DNA of 44,957 bases from Spirochaetia bacterium (GTDB taxonomy: Bacteria; Spirochaetota; Spirochaetia; CADAEX01): assembly GCA_963662265.2 (NCBI GenBank), contig CAXXHA010000023.1, positions 1 through 44,957 of the forward strand, in the 5' to 3' direction. Positions 1 to 9,695 of the stretch are shown piece after piece; positions within the stretch are counted from its first letter, which is position 1; each line of letters starts with the position of its first letter. A program made the translations under genes and the position numbers. The notes below the pieces were generated by a model. That model searched no databases. It worked only from the letters and a program-made list of their open reading frames with translations, and was not told the DNA's origin.

Positions 1-7
1 TTTTCAT
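1..7 (-). CDS. Probable 5' start of a gene running off the left edge (product unknown)
   Basis: Minus strand reads GAGGATTTTAAATGAAAA: SD-like GAGGA just upstream of ATG AAA, divergent from the 257 gene. Confidence 0.4.
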
Positions 8-256
8 TTAAAATCCTCTGGAAATATTATTTATTATTTCCCAATTAACTTTAACCTGTCCCTGGTATCTGCAGGAGAAATACAAAGAATGCAGCTGCCC
101 TGCGTTACATTTCAGGCCGGTGAATAAAAAGAATAACATTAAATACAGGGGGCTTCAACACAGTTTACATTTCATATAAAGCATCAGCCTGTCCTGAAAT
201 GTTTTCCTGTAAATATACATGTAAATGTCTTATTATATTAATTAGCGGAGGCAGAA

Positions 257-1237
257 ATGGGAAAACAAAAAATATACCTTACAAGAAATATACCGGGAGA
301 TGCGGTAGAAATACTGAAAAGAGAATTCACTGTTGAAATAAACCCTGAAGACAGGCCTGTCACACGGGATGAGCTTCTGGAAAATATCAAAGGAAAAGAC
401 GGTGTCATATGTCAGCTGACTGACAAAATCGACAGGGATATCCTTTCAGCTGCGGCACAGACAGGGGTAAAAGGATTTGCAAATTATGCTGTAGGATATG
501 ACAACATAGATGTTGCAGCTGCTTCTGAATTTTTCATAGCTGTCTCAAACACTCCGGATGTACTCACTGATGCCACTGCTGAAATGGCATGGGCTCTTTT
601 ATTTACCATAGCAAGGAAAACAGCTGAAATCGACAGGTTTATAAGAGAAGACAGATGGAAAAGATTCAGCCCTTCCATGTTTCTGGGCAGCGGAATTGCA
701 GGAAAAACACTTGGTATTGTCGGGGCCGGAAGAATAGGGACTGCGATGGCGCTTAAATCGAGAGGCTTTGATATGAAGGTCCTCTACACAGCACACAGAA
801 ACAACAGCGTTCTTGATAAGCTCCCCGATGCAGAAAGAGTAGAGCTTGATGAACTCCTTGAAAGATCCGACTTCGTGTCACTGCATGTCCCGGCAACAGA
901 AGAGACTATCAGGCTCATAGGTGCGCGGGAGCTGGGGCTGATGAAGAAAAGTGCATACCTGATAAATACTGCACGGGGAGCTGTAGTTGATGAGAAAGCT
1001 CTTGTGAAGGCACTTAAGGATAATATAATTGCAGGGGCAGGACTTGATGTCTTTGAACATGAACCGGGATTATCAGAAGAGTTCAAGAAAATGGATAATG
1101 CAGCGTTGAGCCCCCACATAGGGTCGGCAACTTTCGAGGCCAGAAATAACATGGGTCTCAAGGCTGCGGCAAATGTAACTGCAATGATAAGGGGCGAGAC
1201 TCCGCCGGACTGCCTGAATCCTGGAATTTACAGATAA
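257..1237 (+). CDS. D-isomer 2-hydroxyacid dehydrogenase (glyoxylate/hydroxypyruvate reductase, D-glycerate dehydrogenase type)
   Basis: AVGYDNID, NTPDVLTDATAE, Rossmann GIVGAGRIG, LINTARGAVVDE, GLDVFEHEP, PHIGSAT; SD GGAGG upstream. Confidence 0.93.
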   Translation: MGKQKIYLTRNIPGDAVEILKREFTVEINPEDRPVTRDELLENIKGKDGVICQLTDKIDRDILSAAAQTGVKGFANYAVGYDNIDVAAASEFFIAVSNTPDVLTDATAEMAWALLFTIARKTAEIDRFIREDRWKRFSPSMFLGSGIAGKTLGIVGAGRIGTAMALKSRGFDMKVLYTAHRNNSVLDKLPDAERVELDELLERSDFVSLHVPATEETIRLIGARELGLMKKSAYLINTARGAVVDEKALVKALKDNIIAGAGLDVFEHEPGLSEEFKKMDNAALSPHIGSATFEARNNMGLKAAANVTAMIRGETPPDCLNPGIYR

Positions 1238-1319
1238 TAATCTGCAGCTGAGAAAACGGTGTTAGTATATAAAAAACTCAATAAAAAACAGCAAGGCTGA
1301 ATTCCGCTTTTCCGGCCGT

Positions 1320-1510
1320 CAGGCATGGTAGTTAATTCATACAGATATCCGGTGACAAAGAAATTATTACGACTTTAAAGGCATGATATAACAGCAGAGT
1401 CATACAGATATCCTGAGACAGATAAACTATTGCGACTTCAAAGTCATGAAATAAACAGCAGATTCATCCTGAGACAGACAGATTATCATGTTTTTAAAGG
1501 CATGAAATTA
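1320..1510. repeat. Degenerate intergenic tandem repeat, about 3 copies of about 63 bp
   Basis: TCATACAGATATCC at 1337 and 1400, TCATCCTGAGACAGA at 1464; AAAG(G/T)CATGA at about 1377, 1440, 1496; AACAGCAGA ends units 1 and 2. Confidence 0.8.
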
Positions 1511-1744
1511 AATATCTGAAACAATTACCCTATATTCAGCTTATTAAAAAGCACAATATGGTAAAACTTGTACAGAAAACACACATTATAATGATTCTGA
1601 AAGAAAATGTGACTCAGGTCACTTAAAATTATTTTAAAAATACTGAATACTTACCGAATCAATTTCTGGCAAGTACAGGAAGGACACCACTGACAGAGAT
1701 AATAATGGTAAATATACACAGGAAATATTTTCAGGAACTTAATA

Positions 1745-3151
1745 ATGGATATTAACAGAAAAACAACTAAAACAGACTCAGAAACGGAAAACAAAACATC
1801 ACCTGCCGGAAAAACAGAACATCTTGGAAAAGAAAAGGTACATGTTCTTCTTTTCAAATTTTCAGTTCCTGCCATAGCAGGAATGATAATACAGGCAGTT
1901 TACAACATTGTTGACAGAATATTTGTAGGCAGGTATGTGGGCTCAGACGGACTTTCAGCGCTTACCGCTGTTTTTCCGGTTATGCTGATTTTCATGGCAC
2001 TTGCTCTTCTGCTGGGGATAGGGGGATCTTCCTTTTTTTCAATAACACTGGGAGAAAAAAACAACAGGAAAGCGGAGAAAATTCTGGGGAACACTTTTTC
2101 ACTGGTACTGATCCTTATATCATTTTTTACTGTTGTATCACTGATATTTTTAGACCATATACTGAACTTACTCGGAGCAAGCAGCAGGATACTGCCTTTT
2201 GCAAGAGAATATACCATTATTCTTCTTGCAGGATCTGTAATAAACGGAACTGCATTCACAATGAACCACTTCATAAGAAGCGAGGGTTCCCCCGGAACAG
2301 CAATGCTTTCAATGTTTATCGGTGGTATTTCAAATATAATACTTGATTATATTTTTATCGCAAAATTCGGAATGGGGGTTAAGGGAGCAGCTCTTGCCAC
2401 AGTCATAGCACAGACAATAAGCGCTGTATGGGTGATGGGCTATTTTACAGGAAACAGATCATACATAAAACTGAAACTTCACAATCTCAGGATAGAAAAA
2501 AACATAGCCATGAGGATTCTGACACTGGGATCACCCATGTTTTTAATGAATATCGCATCAAGCTTTGTCAACGGGCTTATAAACAACCAGCTCCAGAGAT
2601 ATGGAGGAGACACCGCACTTTCAGTCATGGGGATTATTTTCTCTATAATGACAGTAATTATCATGCCGGTTTTCGGGATCAATCAGGGAGCAATGCCTAT
2701 TACAGGGTATAATTACGGCGCAGGAAAATACAAAAGAGTAACCAGTACAGCTTTTACAGCAGCTGCAGCAGCTACCCTGGTAATGACATCAGGTTTTATA
2801 ATAACAAGATTATTTCCTGTAGAGCTTATTCAACTGTTCGGCAAACAGAATACGGAACTCCTGTCTCCCGGTATAAAAGCTGTGAAAATATTTTTCCTCA
2901 TGACCCCGCTGATAGGGTTTCAGGTTATTATTTCAGGTTTTTTCCAGTCGACAGGAAAGCCGGGAAAAGCACTCTTCATGAGCCTCTCCAGGCAGGTTAT
3001 TTTCCTGATACCGTTTATACTAATATTCCCCAGGTTCCTTGGATTAAACGGCATATGGTTTGCAGCCCCTGCAGCAGATTTAATTGCAGCCCTTATTGCA
3101 TCAGCAGTCTTTCTGCATGATATAAGGGGAATAAAAATGCAGGAACAATAA
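1745..3151 (+). CDS. MATE family efflux transporter (MepA-like)
   Basis: FSVPAIAGM..YNIVDRIFVG, NIILDYIFI..GMGVKGAALATVIAQ, GYNYGAG, GIWFAAPAAD; many TM helices. Confidence 0.93.
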   Translation: MDINRKTTKTDSETENKTSPAGKTEHLGKEKVHVLLFKFSVPAIAGMIIQAVYNIVDRIFVGRYVGSDGLSALTAVFPVMLIFMALALLLGIGGSSFFSITLGEKNNRKAEKILGNTFSLVLILISFFTVVSLIFLDHILNLLGASSRILPFAREYTIILLAGSVINGTAFTMNHFIRSEGSPGTAMLSMFIGGISNIILDYIFIAKFGMGVKGAALATVIAQTISAVWVMGYFTGNRSYIKLKLHNLRIEKNIAMRILTLGSPMFLMNIASSFVNGLINNQLQRYGGDTALSVMGIIFSIMTVIIMPVFGINQGAMPITGYNYGAGKYKRVTSTAFTAAAAATLVMTSGFIITRLFPVELIQLFGKQNTELLSPGIKAVKIFFLMTPLIGFQVIISGFFQSTGKPGKALFMSLSRQVIFLIPFILIFPRFLGLNGIWFAAPAADLIAALIASAVFLHDIRGIKMQEQ

Positions 3152-3244
3152 TTTCTGCATATCGCATTCATAGTCTGGAAATAATATAAGGCACTTTCCG
3201 GAAAATATCATGATAAAACTAGTCATCAAGGTCCGGGCCGGAAC

Positions 3245-4723
3245 TTATACTGACAGGAATATCTCCTTAACCGATTCCGGTAGAGTTTTATTTGCGGCAG
3301 CCCCAAGGCTTTTCAGATTTTCTGAAAGCCTTACAAGATTTCCCCTGCCGGTTGAAAGCTTGTTAAGTGCTTTTGAATAGTTTTTCTGAGATATTTCTAT
3401 GCCCCGGCCTACATCTTCGAGATCTGTCACAAAACCGACAAATTTATCATACAGCTGCCCTGCCCTGTTTGCTATCTCCCGGGCATTCCTGTTCTGGTAT
3501 TCGTATTTCCATATATTTTCAATAGTCCTGAGTGATGCAAGAAGAGTAGATGGGCTGACTATTACAATATTTTTTTCAAATGCGGTAGAGAATAATGAAC
3601 TGTCTGCCTGAACAGCTGCCGAGAAAGCGCCCTCGACAGGTATAAACATGAATACAAAATCGAGGGAATTTATACCAAGGAGCCTGTGATAGTCCTTGTC
3701 GGAAAGATTTTTTATATGGGCTTTTATAGAAGAAGAGAGTTCCCTGCCTGCTGCAATTTTATCATCTTCTGTTTCTGCTATAATATACCTTTCATAGGAA
3801 ACAAGAGAAACTTTTGAATCTATTACAACATCCCTGCTGTCAGGAAGATGAACAACAACATCAGGCTGAAACCGTTTACCGTTCTCCGCCTTGAGACTTT
3901 CCTGTATCTCAAATTCTCTTCCCTTCATGAGACCTGATTTTTCCAGCACTTTCTCAAGAATCATTTCTCCCCAGGTACCCTGAGTCTTCACCTCCCCCTT
4001 GAGAGCTTTAGTAAGATTTCCTGCCTCTTCATTTATCTGCTGATTAAGCTTTGCAAGGTTTTCTATCTCTTTTTTCAGGGAAGTTCTCTCCCTGATCTCA
4101 TCCTCGCGCGTTGAATCAAATTTTCTGCTGAAAGAATCAATCTGCTCCCTGAAAGGCTTGAGCATCTGCTCGAGAGAAGATGCAGTCTGTGTGCTGAAGA
4201 CCTTGCTCTTGCTGTCAAGAATATCTCCGGCCAGTGCCTTGAACTGAGAAGAAAGTTCATCCCTGGCATTGTTCAGAAGTTCTGTTTTTTCATCAAACTG
4301 TTTACGCTCTTTTTCAAGTGTTGTTGAAAGAATTGATACTTTTTCCCTTTCCTTTGACAGCGTACCTGTCAGAAGGTCTATGCGTCTGTTTTTTTCCCCC
4401 AATTCAGCCTTCAGTTCATCTGCCTGTTTTATGAGTTCTCGTCCCCTTGCAGATTCCGCACTCAACTGGTATGCAGCTTTATTCTTTTCTTCGGCTGCAT
4501 ATTTTAAATCTGTATTCAGTTTATCATTCCAGGAACCTGCTTCAGCAAGCCTTTCTTCATAAGAGCCGAGCCGTTCCTTCATTGCAACCGCTTCACTTCC
4601 GGCAGCTGAATACCCTGCATCATAAGACCTTGCAACCTGTCCTTTCATAATCAGAAATGCAAGAAGAAAACCGGATATAACACCTCCGAGAAGCCCTGCT
4701 GTCAGGAAAAAGAACATATCCAT
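3245..4723 (-). CDS. rmuC: DNA recombination protein RmuC
   Basis: N-terminal TM anchor, long coiled coil, KTQGTWGEMILEKVLE, QPDVVVHLP..VIDSKVSL, LDFVFMFIPVE, VSPSTLLASL. Confidence 0.93.
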   Translation of the reverse strand: MDMFFFLTAGLLGGVISGFLLAFLIMKGQVARSYDAGYSAAGSEAVAMKERLGSYEERLAEAGSWNDKLNTDLKYAAEEKNKAAYQLSAESARGRELIKQADELKAELGEKNRRIDLLTGTLSKEREKVSILSTTLEKERKQFDEKTELLNNARDELSSQFKALAGDILDSKSKVFSTQTASSLEQMLKPFREQIDSFSRKFDSTREDEIRERTSLKKEIENLAKLNQQINEEAGNLTKALKGEVKTQGTWGEMILEKVLEKSGLMKGREFEIQESLKAENGKRFQPDVVVHLPDSRDVVIDSKVSLVSYERYIIAETEDDKIAAGRELSSSIKAHIKNLSDKDYHRLLGINSLDFVFMFIPVEGAFSAAVQADSSLFSTAFEKNIVIVSPSTLLASLRTIENIWKYEYQNRNAREIANRAGQLYDKFVGFVTDLEDVGRGIEISQKNYSKALNKLSTGRGNLVRLSENLKSLGAAANKTLPESVKEIFLSV

Positions 4724-5013
4724 ATAAACTCTCCACAGATTTGATAATATTCTTATACGACATGCTTTTCAAGCAATTAAAATAATATTGATAAAGAGCT
4801 GATTTTTATATTTTTACGGAATAATTATTTTAATTCAGAATCCAGATATGTTGTTTATTAAACATCCCTTCAGTTACCGGTAAGATAATATTATTCACCA
4901 GGACCTGCAGAGCATGCTTTTACATGACTGCAGGATTCAGGTCACAAACTGCATGGAGAACACTAAAAAATCTTTGCAAATCAATATCGGAACTTCCCTT
5001 AAGCAGTAATTCA

Positions 5014-5601
5014 TTATTTATCATCATTGAAAAATATAACTTTTGTATCTTTCTTTTTGTTTTCTATCTTATCAAGATATTTTTCCTCTTCAAGATAAAC
5101 AACCTTGGTGCTCTTGACAATTTTACTCACCAGAACTTTTCCTGTTTCAGGGAAAAAATATATTTTTCTCCCGTAATCTTCCCCGATATCCCTGGCGACA
5201 ACCGGAAGATTCTCGGCAGCAAGAAAATCAAAAACAAACTCGGTATTTTTATAACCTATGTGATACCGTCCATTGGGGTCGGCATTGAGAACATTCCCCC
5301 CTCCGAAAACTTTTGCAGTAAGCTCACGTTTTGAAACACCCTCTTTCATAAGCCCGTTTATAAGAAGTTCCATTGCATGCACACCATACCGTCCCTGATA
5401 TTCCTTTTCAGGAAAAACTTCTGAGCTTGACGGAAGCATAAAATGGTTCATACCTCCAATACGTTTTTTTTCGGAGTAAAGAATAACAGAGACACAGGAC
5501 CCAAGAATTGTGTATATTGCATCTTCACTGCTGATATAGTACTCACCGGGATGAATATGCATTATTTCTCTGTTAAACTTTGAGTTATAGATTTTTTTCA
5601 T
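5014..5601 (-). CDS. cheD: Chemoreceptor glutamine deamidase CheD
   Basis: TILGSCVSV, GGMNHFMLP, RYGVHAMELLIN, AKVFGGG, GRKIYF; start moved to ATG at 5601 (AGGAAG upstream). Confidence 0.93.
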   Translation of the reverse strand: MKKIYNSKFNREIMHIHPGEYYISSEDAIYTILGSCVSVILYSEKKRIGGMNHFMLPSSSEVFPEKEYQGRYGVHAMELLINGLMKEGVSKRELTAKVFGGGNVLNADPNGRYHIGYKNTEFVFDFLAAENLPVVARDIGEDYGRKIYFFPETGKVLVSKIVKSTKVVYLEEEKYLDKIENKKKDTKVIFFNDDK

Positions 5602-5632
5602 ACTTCCTGCTTGCTGCAGTTTATATAAGCTG

Positions 5633-5998
5633 TTATAAATCCAGAACTTTTTTAACAGTATTAAGCAGCCCTTCATTTGTAAAAGGCTTCACAATCCACC
5701 CAGTAGCTCCTACACCTTTGCCTTTATCAAGCATATCATTGCTGCTTTCAGTCGTAAGAACAAGGATAGGAACATATTTTGTAGCTTCCTGCCCCCTCAG
5801 TTTTTCTATCAATTCAATCCCATTCATATTAGGCATATTTATATCAGTTATAACAAGGTCAATGTTTGTACTTGTTGATTTAGCCAGTCCGTCAGCTCCA
5901 TCAACACCTTCAATAACCTTAAAATTATTTTCCTTGAGAAGATAACTGAGACTCATCCTTACAACTGAAGAATCATCAACTATCAAAATTGTTTTCAT
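5633..5998 (-). CDS. cheY: Chemotaxis response regulator CheY
   Basis: Stand-alone receiver: ILIVDDS, ITDINMP, LTTE, WIVKPF; inside che operon. Confidence 0.92.
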   Translation of the reverse strand: MKTILIVDDSSVVRMSLSYLLKENNFKVIEGVDGADGLAKSTSTNIDLVITDINMPNMNGIELIEKLRGQEATKYVPILVLTTESSNDMLDKGKGVGATGWIVKPFTNEGLLNTVKKVLDL

Positions 5999-6031
5999 AT
6001 TTCACCATCCCTGTTATTAATTATACTCATT

Positions 6032-7768
6032 TCAGAACAAAGTTATACTGCTTTCAGATGCTGTTTGTTCTGATATTTCTTCATTAAGCACTTTTTCCTT
6101 ATGACGGAAAATTGTGAATTTTTTCAATAATTTGTCAATCTCCTTGCTTTCTGTCAGAGCTGACAATTTATCTGTATCTATCTTGACAAATTTCTTATTA
6201 ATTTCATCAAGCTCTCTTTGAATATTATACTTCATGTTTTCAAGAGAGTCCCTGGATTTACTGATCAATTTAATATTGCCCTTTATATCGCTGAATATTG
6301 AGGAAAATATTGTATTGAAAAAACGGAGATCCTTTAAAAGCTCCCTGAATATTATTCCTGACTGTTCAGACAAATCAGTAAGCTTTTTAATCTCTTTTTT
6401 AAAATTATCAGTAAAATTATTATTTTCAGATATTATCTTACGAAGCTCAATATCAATTTCCCTGTTGACCAGATGAAAGTCATTATATATCAACTCTATT
6501 TCATTTGCACAATCTGCAATAATTTTAACTTCACCCGATATATCATTAATTGATGTTTCCACATTTTTGATTACCGGCTGCCTGGCTATCTCAATACGGG
6601 CAAGTATTATAGTATTATTGAATAGAGCAACCGGATCATGAAATGCAGTTATATATTCATGAAGCTGGGCAAAGGATTTCAGCAACTTGCTCTTATACTT
6701 GATTATCTCTGTCTGAAAATCACAGACATCTTCACTGTCGGAAATAATACTGTCAAAAGTTGATGAAATATTACTGAGACAGTTTATGAGATTCTGCTCT
6801 TCAACTGTTGCTGTAAACTGTTCTTCAGTAAACTTCTCTTTTTTCTCTTCCAGTTCAGCGAGCAGATTTTTCATTCTTTCAGTATTTTTCTTTAATGTAT
6901 TTTCATCAGTATTCAGCTGCTGAATAACCTCATCAAGAACAAAATAACACAGGTCATAAAGTTTTTTTCGTAAATATATTTCTTCATCACCGCTGCTCTC
7001 GGAACCGACCTTATCAAGTTCTTCTAGAGATAAAAGCATATGATCCATTGACTGTCTGATAATATCCTGGTTCTGAAGACCTTCAAAAATAGTATTTACA
7101 GCATGTTTCATCTGCTGGGCTTCATTAAATACTATTTCAATGAAATCAACAGCAGAATTAATTACTTTTTTAAGCGATTCAAAATCATTTGTGAGTGAGT
7201 TTTTAATATCAGCAGATATTTTCTTCTGAAGATCAAGAACATTTTCTGATTCACTCTTCAGTGCTTCAAACTGTTCGGAAACAATACTCCTCTGCTTGTT
7301 GAGATTTCCCGCAAGACTGAATGCAGTTTTCGCGTTTTTCTGAAAACCATCTGTTATACAGGTAAATCCCCCCCCCTGGTTGCCGGCCTGAATAGCAACA
7401 ACCATTGCATTCAGTGCAAGCAGTTCCATCTGTTCGGCTGATTCAATAATCTTTCCGATAGGCTTATGCATGTTATTGAGAACTTCAAAACTGTTGAATA
7501 TTCTGGACATCACAGAAAGGAACTGTTCAGTGTATTCCTTATGGTTCTTTCTTGCATCAGAAACTTTATCTTCAAGCTGAATAACAACACTGCTCAAGCT
7601 TCCTTCTGCAGCAGCTTTAAGGTTGTTCCTGAAATCAAGGACAACAGTTTCTGATTCAGAAAGAGTGCTGTCAACTTCATCTTTCAGAGTTTTTAAAGAA
7701 TCACCTATTTTATAATATGATTCACCGAGAAGATTCTGAATTTGAATAAGAGATTCTGTTACACTCAT
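6032..7768 (-). CDS. Soluble chemoreceptor-like coiled-coil protein with degenerate MCP signalling hairpin(s)
   Basis: ELLALNAMVVAIQAGNQGGGF resembles the MCP tip [20 protein letters not shown]; second degenerate tip NNTIILARIEIAR; LQNQDIIRQ motif; no TM segment. Confidence 0.65.
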   Translation of the reverse strand: MSVTESLIQIQNLLGESYYKIGDSLKTLKDEVDSTLSESETVVLDFRNNLKAAAEGSLSSVVIQLEDKVSDARKNHKEYTEQFLSVMSRIFNSFEVLNNMHKPIGKIIESAEQMELLALNAMVVAIQAGNQGGGFTCITDGFQKNAKTAFSLAGNLNKQRSIVSEQFEALKSESENVLDLQKKISADIKNSLTNDFESLKKVINSAVDFIEIVFNEAQQMKHAVNTIFEGLQNQDIIRQSMDHMLLSLEELDKVGSESSGDEEIYLRKKLYDLCYFVLDEVIQQLNTDENTLKKNTERMKNLLAELEEKKEKFTEEQFTATVEEQNLINCLSNISSTFDSIISDSEDVCDFQTEIIKYKSKLLKSFAQLHEYITAFHDPVALFNNTIILARIEIARQPVIKNVETSINDISGEVKIIADCANEIELIYNDFHLVNREIDIELRKIISENNNFTDNFKKEIKKLTDLSEQSGIIFRELLKDLRFFNTIFSSIFSDIKGNIKLISKSRDSLENMKYNIQRELDEINKKFVKIDTDKLSALTESKEIDKLLKKFTIFRHKEKVLNEEISEQTASESSITLF

Positions 7769-8829
7769 TACCTGACCAGCTCCAGAACTTTAGGCGCTAT
7801 AGAGTTAAGGGGAAGAACAGAATCCACACACCCTCTCTTTATTGCTTCTTTCGGCATACCGAATACAACACAGGACTTTTCATCCTGGGCTATTGTATAT
7901 GCGCCGTTATCCTTCATCTCTTTCATTCCCCTTGCACCGTCATCGCCCATTCCTGTCATGATGACTCCGACAATATTTCTTCCTCCGTAACGCGCTGCGG
8001 AGCGGAAGAGGACATCAACACTCGGCCTGTGCCGGCTGACAAGAGGTCCTGTCCTGACTTCAATATAATATTCTGTCCCTGATGATTTAAGAAGCATATG
8101 CTCATCGCCCGGAGCGACAAAGACCTCTCCCCTTTTGAGTTTCATACCGTTTTCAGCTTCCTGTACATGAGCTTTTGACAGGCGGTTAAGCCTGTCAGCA
8201 AATGCTTTTGTAAAATGCTTGGGCATATGCTGCACAATCAGTATGGGAGGCATGTTTTCAGGGATCATCAAGAGAAAATCCTTGAGAGCTTCTGTCCCGC
8301 CGGTTGAAGCACCGACAACAATTACTTTTTCTGTTGTTTTTATATTCCCCGGTTTTCCTGCCGGAAGAATAACATCGGCGGTAAGCTTGGGAGTTACTGA
8401 AATTGCCTTGGCAGGAGTTCTTTTTCTAAGTTTCGCATTTACAGCAGCTCTTACTATATCCTGTATTTTAGTCTTTGATTCTTCCAAAAATTCCTTTGTA
8501 CCTATTCTGGGCTTTTCAATTATTTCTATGGCACCCGATTCAAGCGCAGATATCGCATTGGCTGAGTTATGCTGCGTATGACTCGAACAGATAATTACAG
8601 GCAGAGGTTTTTCCGCCATTATCTTTTTCAGATATGTAAGCCCGTCCATTTGAGGCATTTGAAGATCCAGTATAATTACTTCAGGTTTAAAACTGTCAAA
8701 TTTCTTTTCCGCAAATAAAGGATTTGCTGCTGAAAGAGTTTGAAAACCATCCTTTTCAGGAAGAATTGTCTGCATAGTCTGCCTTACAAGCGCTGAATCA
8801 TCAACAATCATAACTCGAATTTTATCCAT
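7768..8829 (-). CDS. cheB: Chemotaxis protein-glutamate methylesterase CheB
   Basis: Receiver domain plus [42 protein letters not shown]. Confidence 0.96.
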   Translation of the reverse strand: MDKIRVMIVDDSALVRQTMQTILPEKDGFQTLSAANPLFAEKKFDSFKPEVIILDLQMPQMDGLTYLKKIMAEKPLPVIICSSHTQHNSANAISALESGAIEIIEKPRIGTKEFLEESKTKIQDIVRAAVNAKLRKRTPAKAISVTPKLTADVILPAGKPGNIKTTEKVIVVGASTGGTEALKDFLLMIPENMPPILIVQHMPKHFTKAFADRLNRLSKAHVQEAENGMKLKRGEVFVAPGDEHMLLKSSGTEYYIEVRTGPLVSRHRPSVDVLFRSAARYGGRNIVGVIMTGMGDDGARGMKEMKDNGAYTIAQDEKSCVVFGMPKEAIKRGCVDSVLPLNSIAPKVLELVR

Positions 8830-8848
8830 ATTTACCTCAACTCAAACT

Positions 8849-9673
8849 TTACATTTTCTTAAAAACAGCAGGAGCACATGACTTCAGATCAAAATTCATT
8901 CCTGCCATAGATTCTGAATGACCCAGAAAAAGATATCCTCCGTTTACAATTTTGTTCAGAAGGTTTCCTATGATATATTTCTGCTTTTCCCTGTCAAAAT
9001 AAATAAGTACATTTCTGCAGAAAACAATATCAAAAGGACCGGGAACATTATAATTCCGGCTCATTAAATTAAAGGTTCCCAGTTTAATATTGTTTCTTAT
9101 CATGGGTTTAACCCTGTACATTGTCTTATCGGCATTTACAGGATCAAAATATCTCTTTTTAAATCCTTCATACGGTATAGTATCCACATTAGCCTCGGTA
9201 TATTCACCAGCTTTGGCTGTTGTCAGTACCCTGGTTGAAATATCTGTTCCCAGAACAGTATAATTCAGCCTATAATTATGCTTTTTTACATATTCTTCAA
9301 GCTCCATACCGATCGAATAAAGCTCCTCACCTGAAGAACTGGCGCATGACCATATTTTGATATCTCTTTTACCCTGTCTTTCATATTCAGGAAGAATTGT
9401 ATCCCTCATAAAATTAAAGTGGCCTATTTCCCTGAAAAAATCGGTTTTATTAGTAGAAATACTGTTGCAGAAATCCACCATTTCCCGTCTGGAATTACTG
9501 TCGCCTCTCTTCAGATAATCGCAGTATTCAGTAAAAGAATGAAGCTTCAAAGCTCTTATCCTCTTTGTTAATCTGGTTTCCATCAACTGTTTTTTTTCAG
9601 GAGGCATTTTTATACCCATGGTTTTACTGACCAGATCTGAGAGGTATAAAAAGCTTTTTTCATCAATATTCAT
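8849..9673 (-). CDS. cheR: Chemotaxis methyltransferase CheR
   Basis: STNKTDFFRE, IWSCASSSGEE, GTDIS, FDIVFCRNVLIYF, LFLGHSE. Confidence 0.96.
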   Translation of the reverse strand: MNIDEKSFLYLSDLVSKTMGIKMPPEKKQLMETRLTKRIRALKLHSFTEYCDYLKRGDSNSRREMVDFCNSISTNKTDFFREIGHFNFMRDTILPEYERQGKRDIKIWSCASSSGEELYSIGMELEEYVKKHNYRLNYTVLGTDISTRVLTTAKAGEYTEANVDTIPYEGFKKRYFDPVNADKTMYRVKPMIRNNIKLGTFNLMSRNYNVPGPFDIVFCRNVLIYFDREKQKYIIGNLLNKIVNGGYLFLGHSESMAGMNFDLKSCAPAVFKKM

Positions 9674-9695
9674 AGATGCACACCTGCTAACTGTA

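Noticed and set aside
1320-1510. Degenerate CRISPR array
   Set aside because: Similarity extends across the whole unit rather than repeat plus unique spacer
5602-5676. N-terminal extension of CheD in the ORF track
   Set aside because: Overlaps cheY; a better ATG with SD lies at 5601
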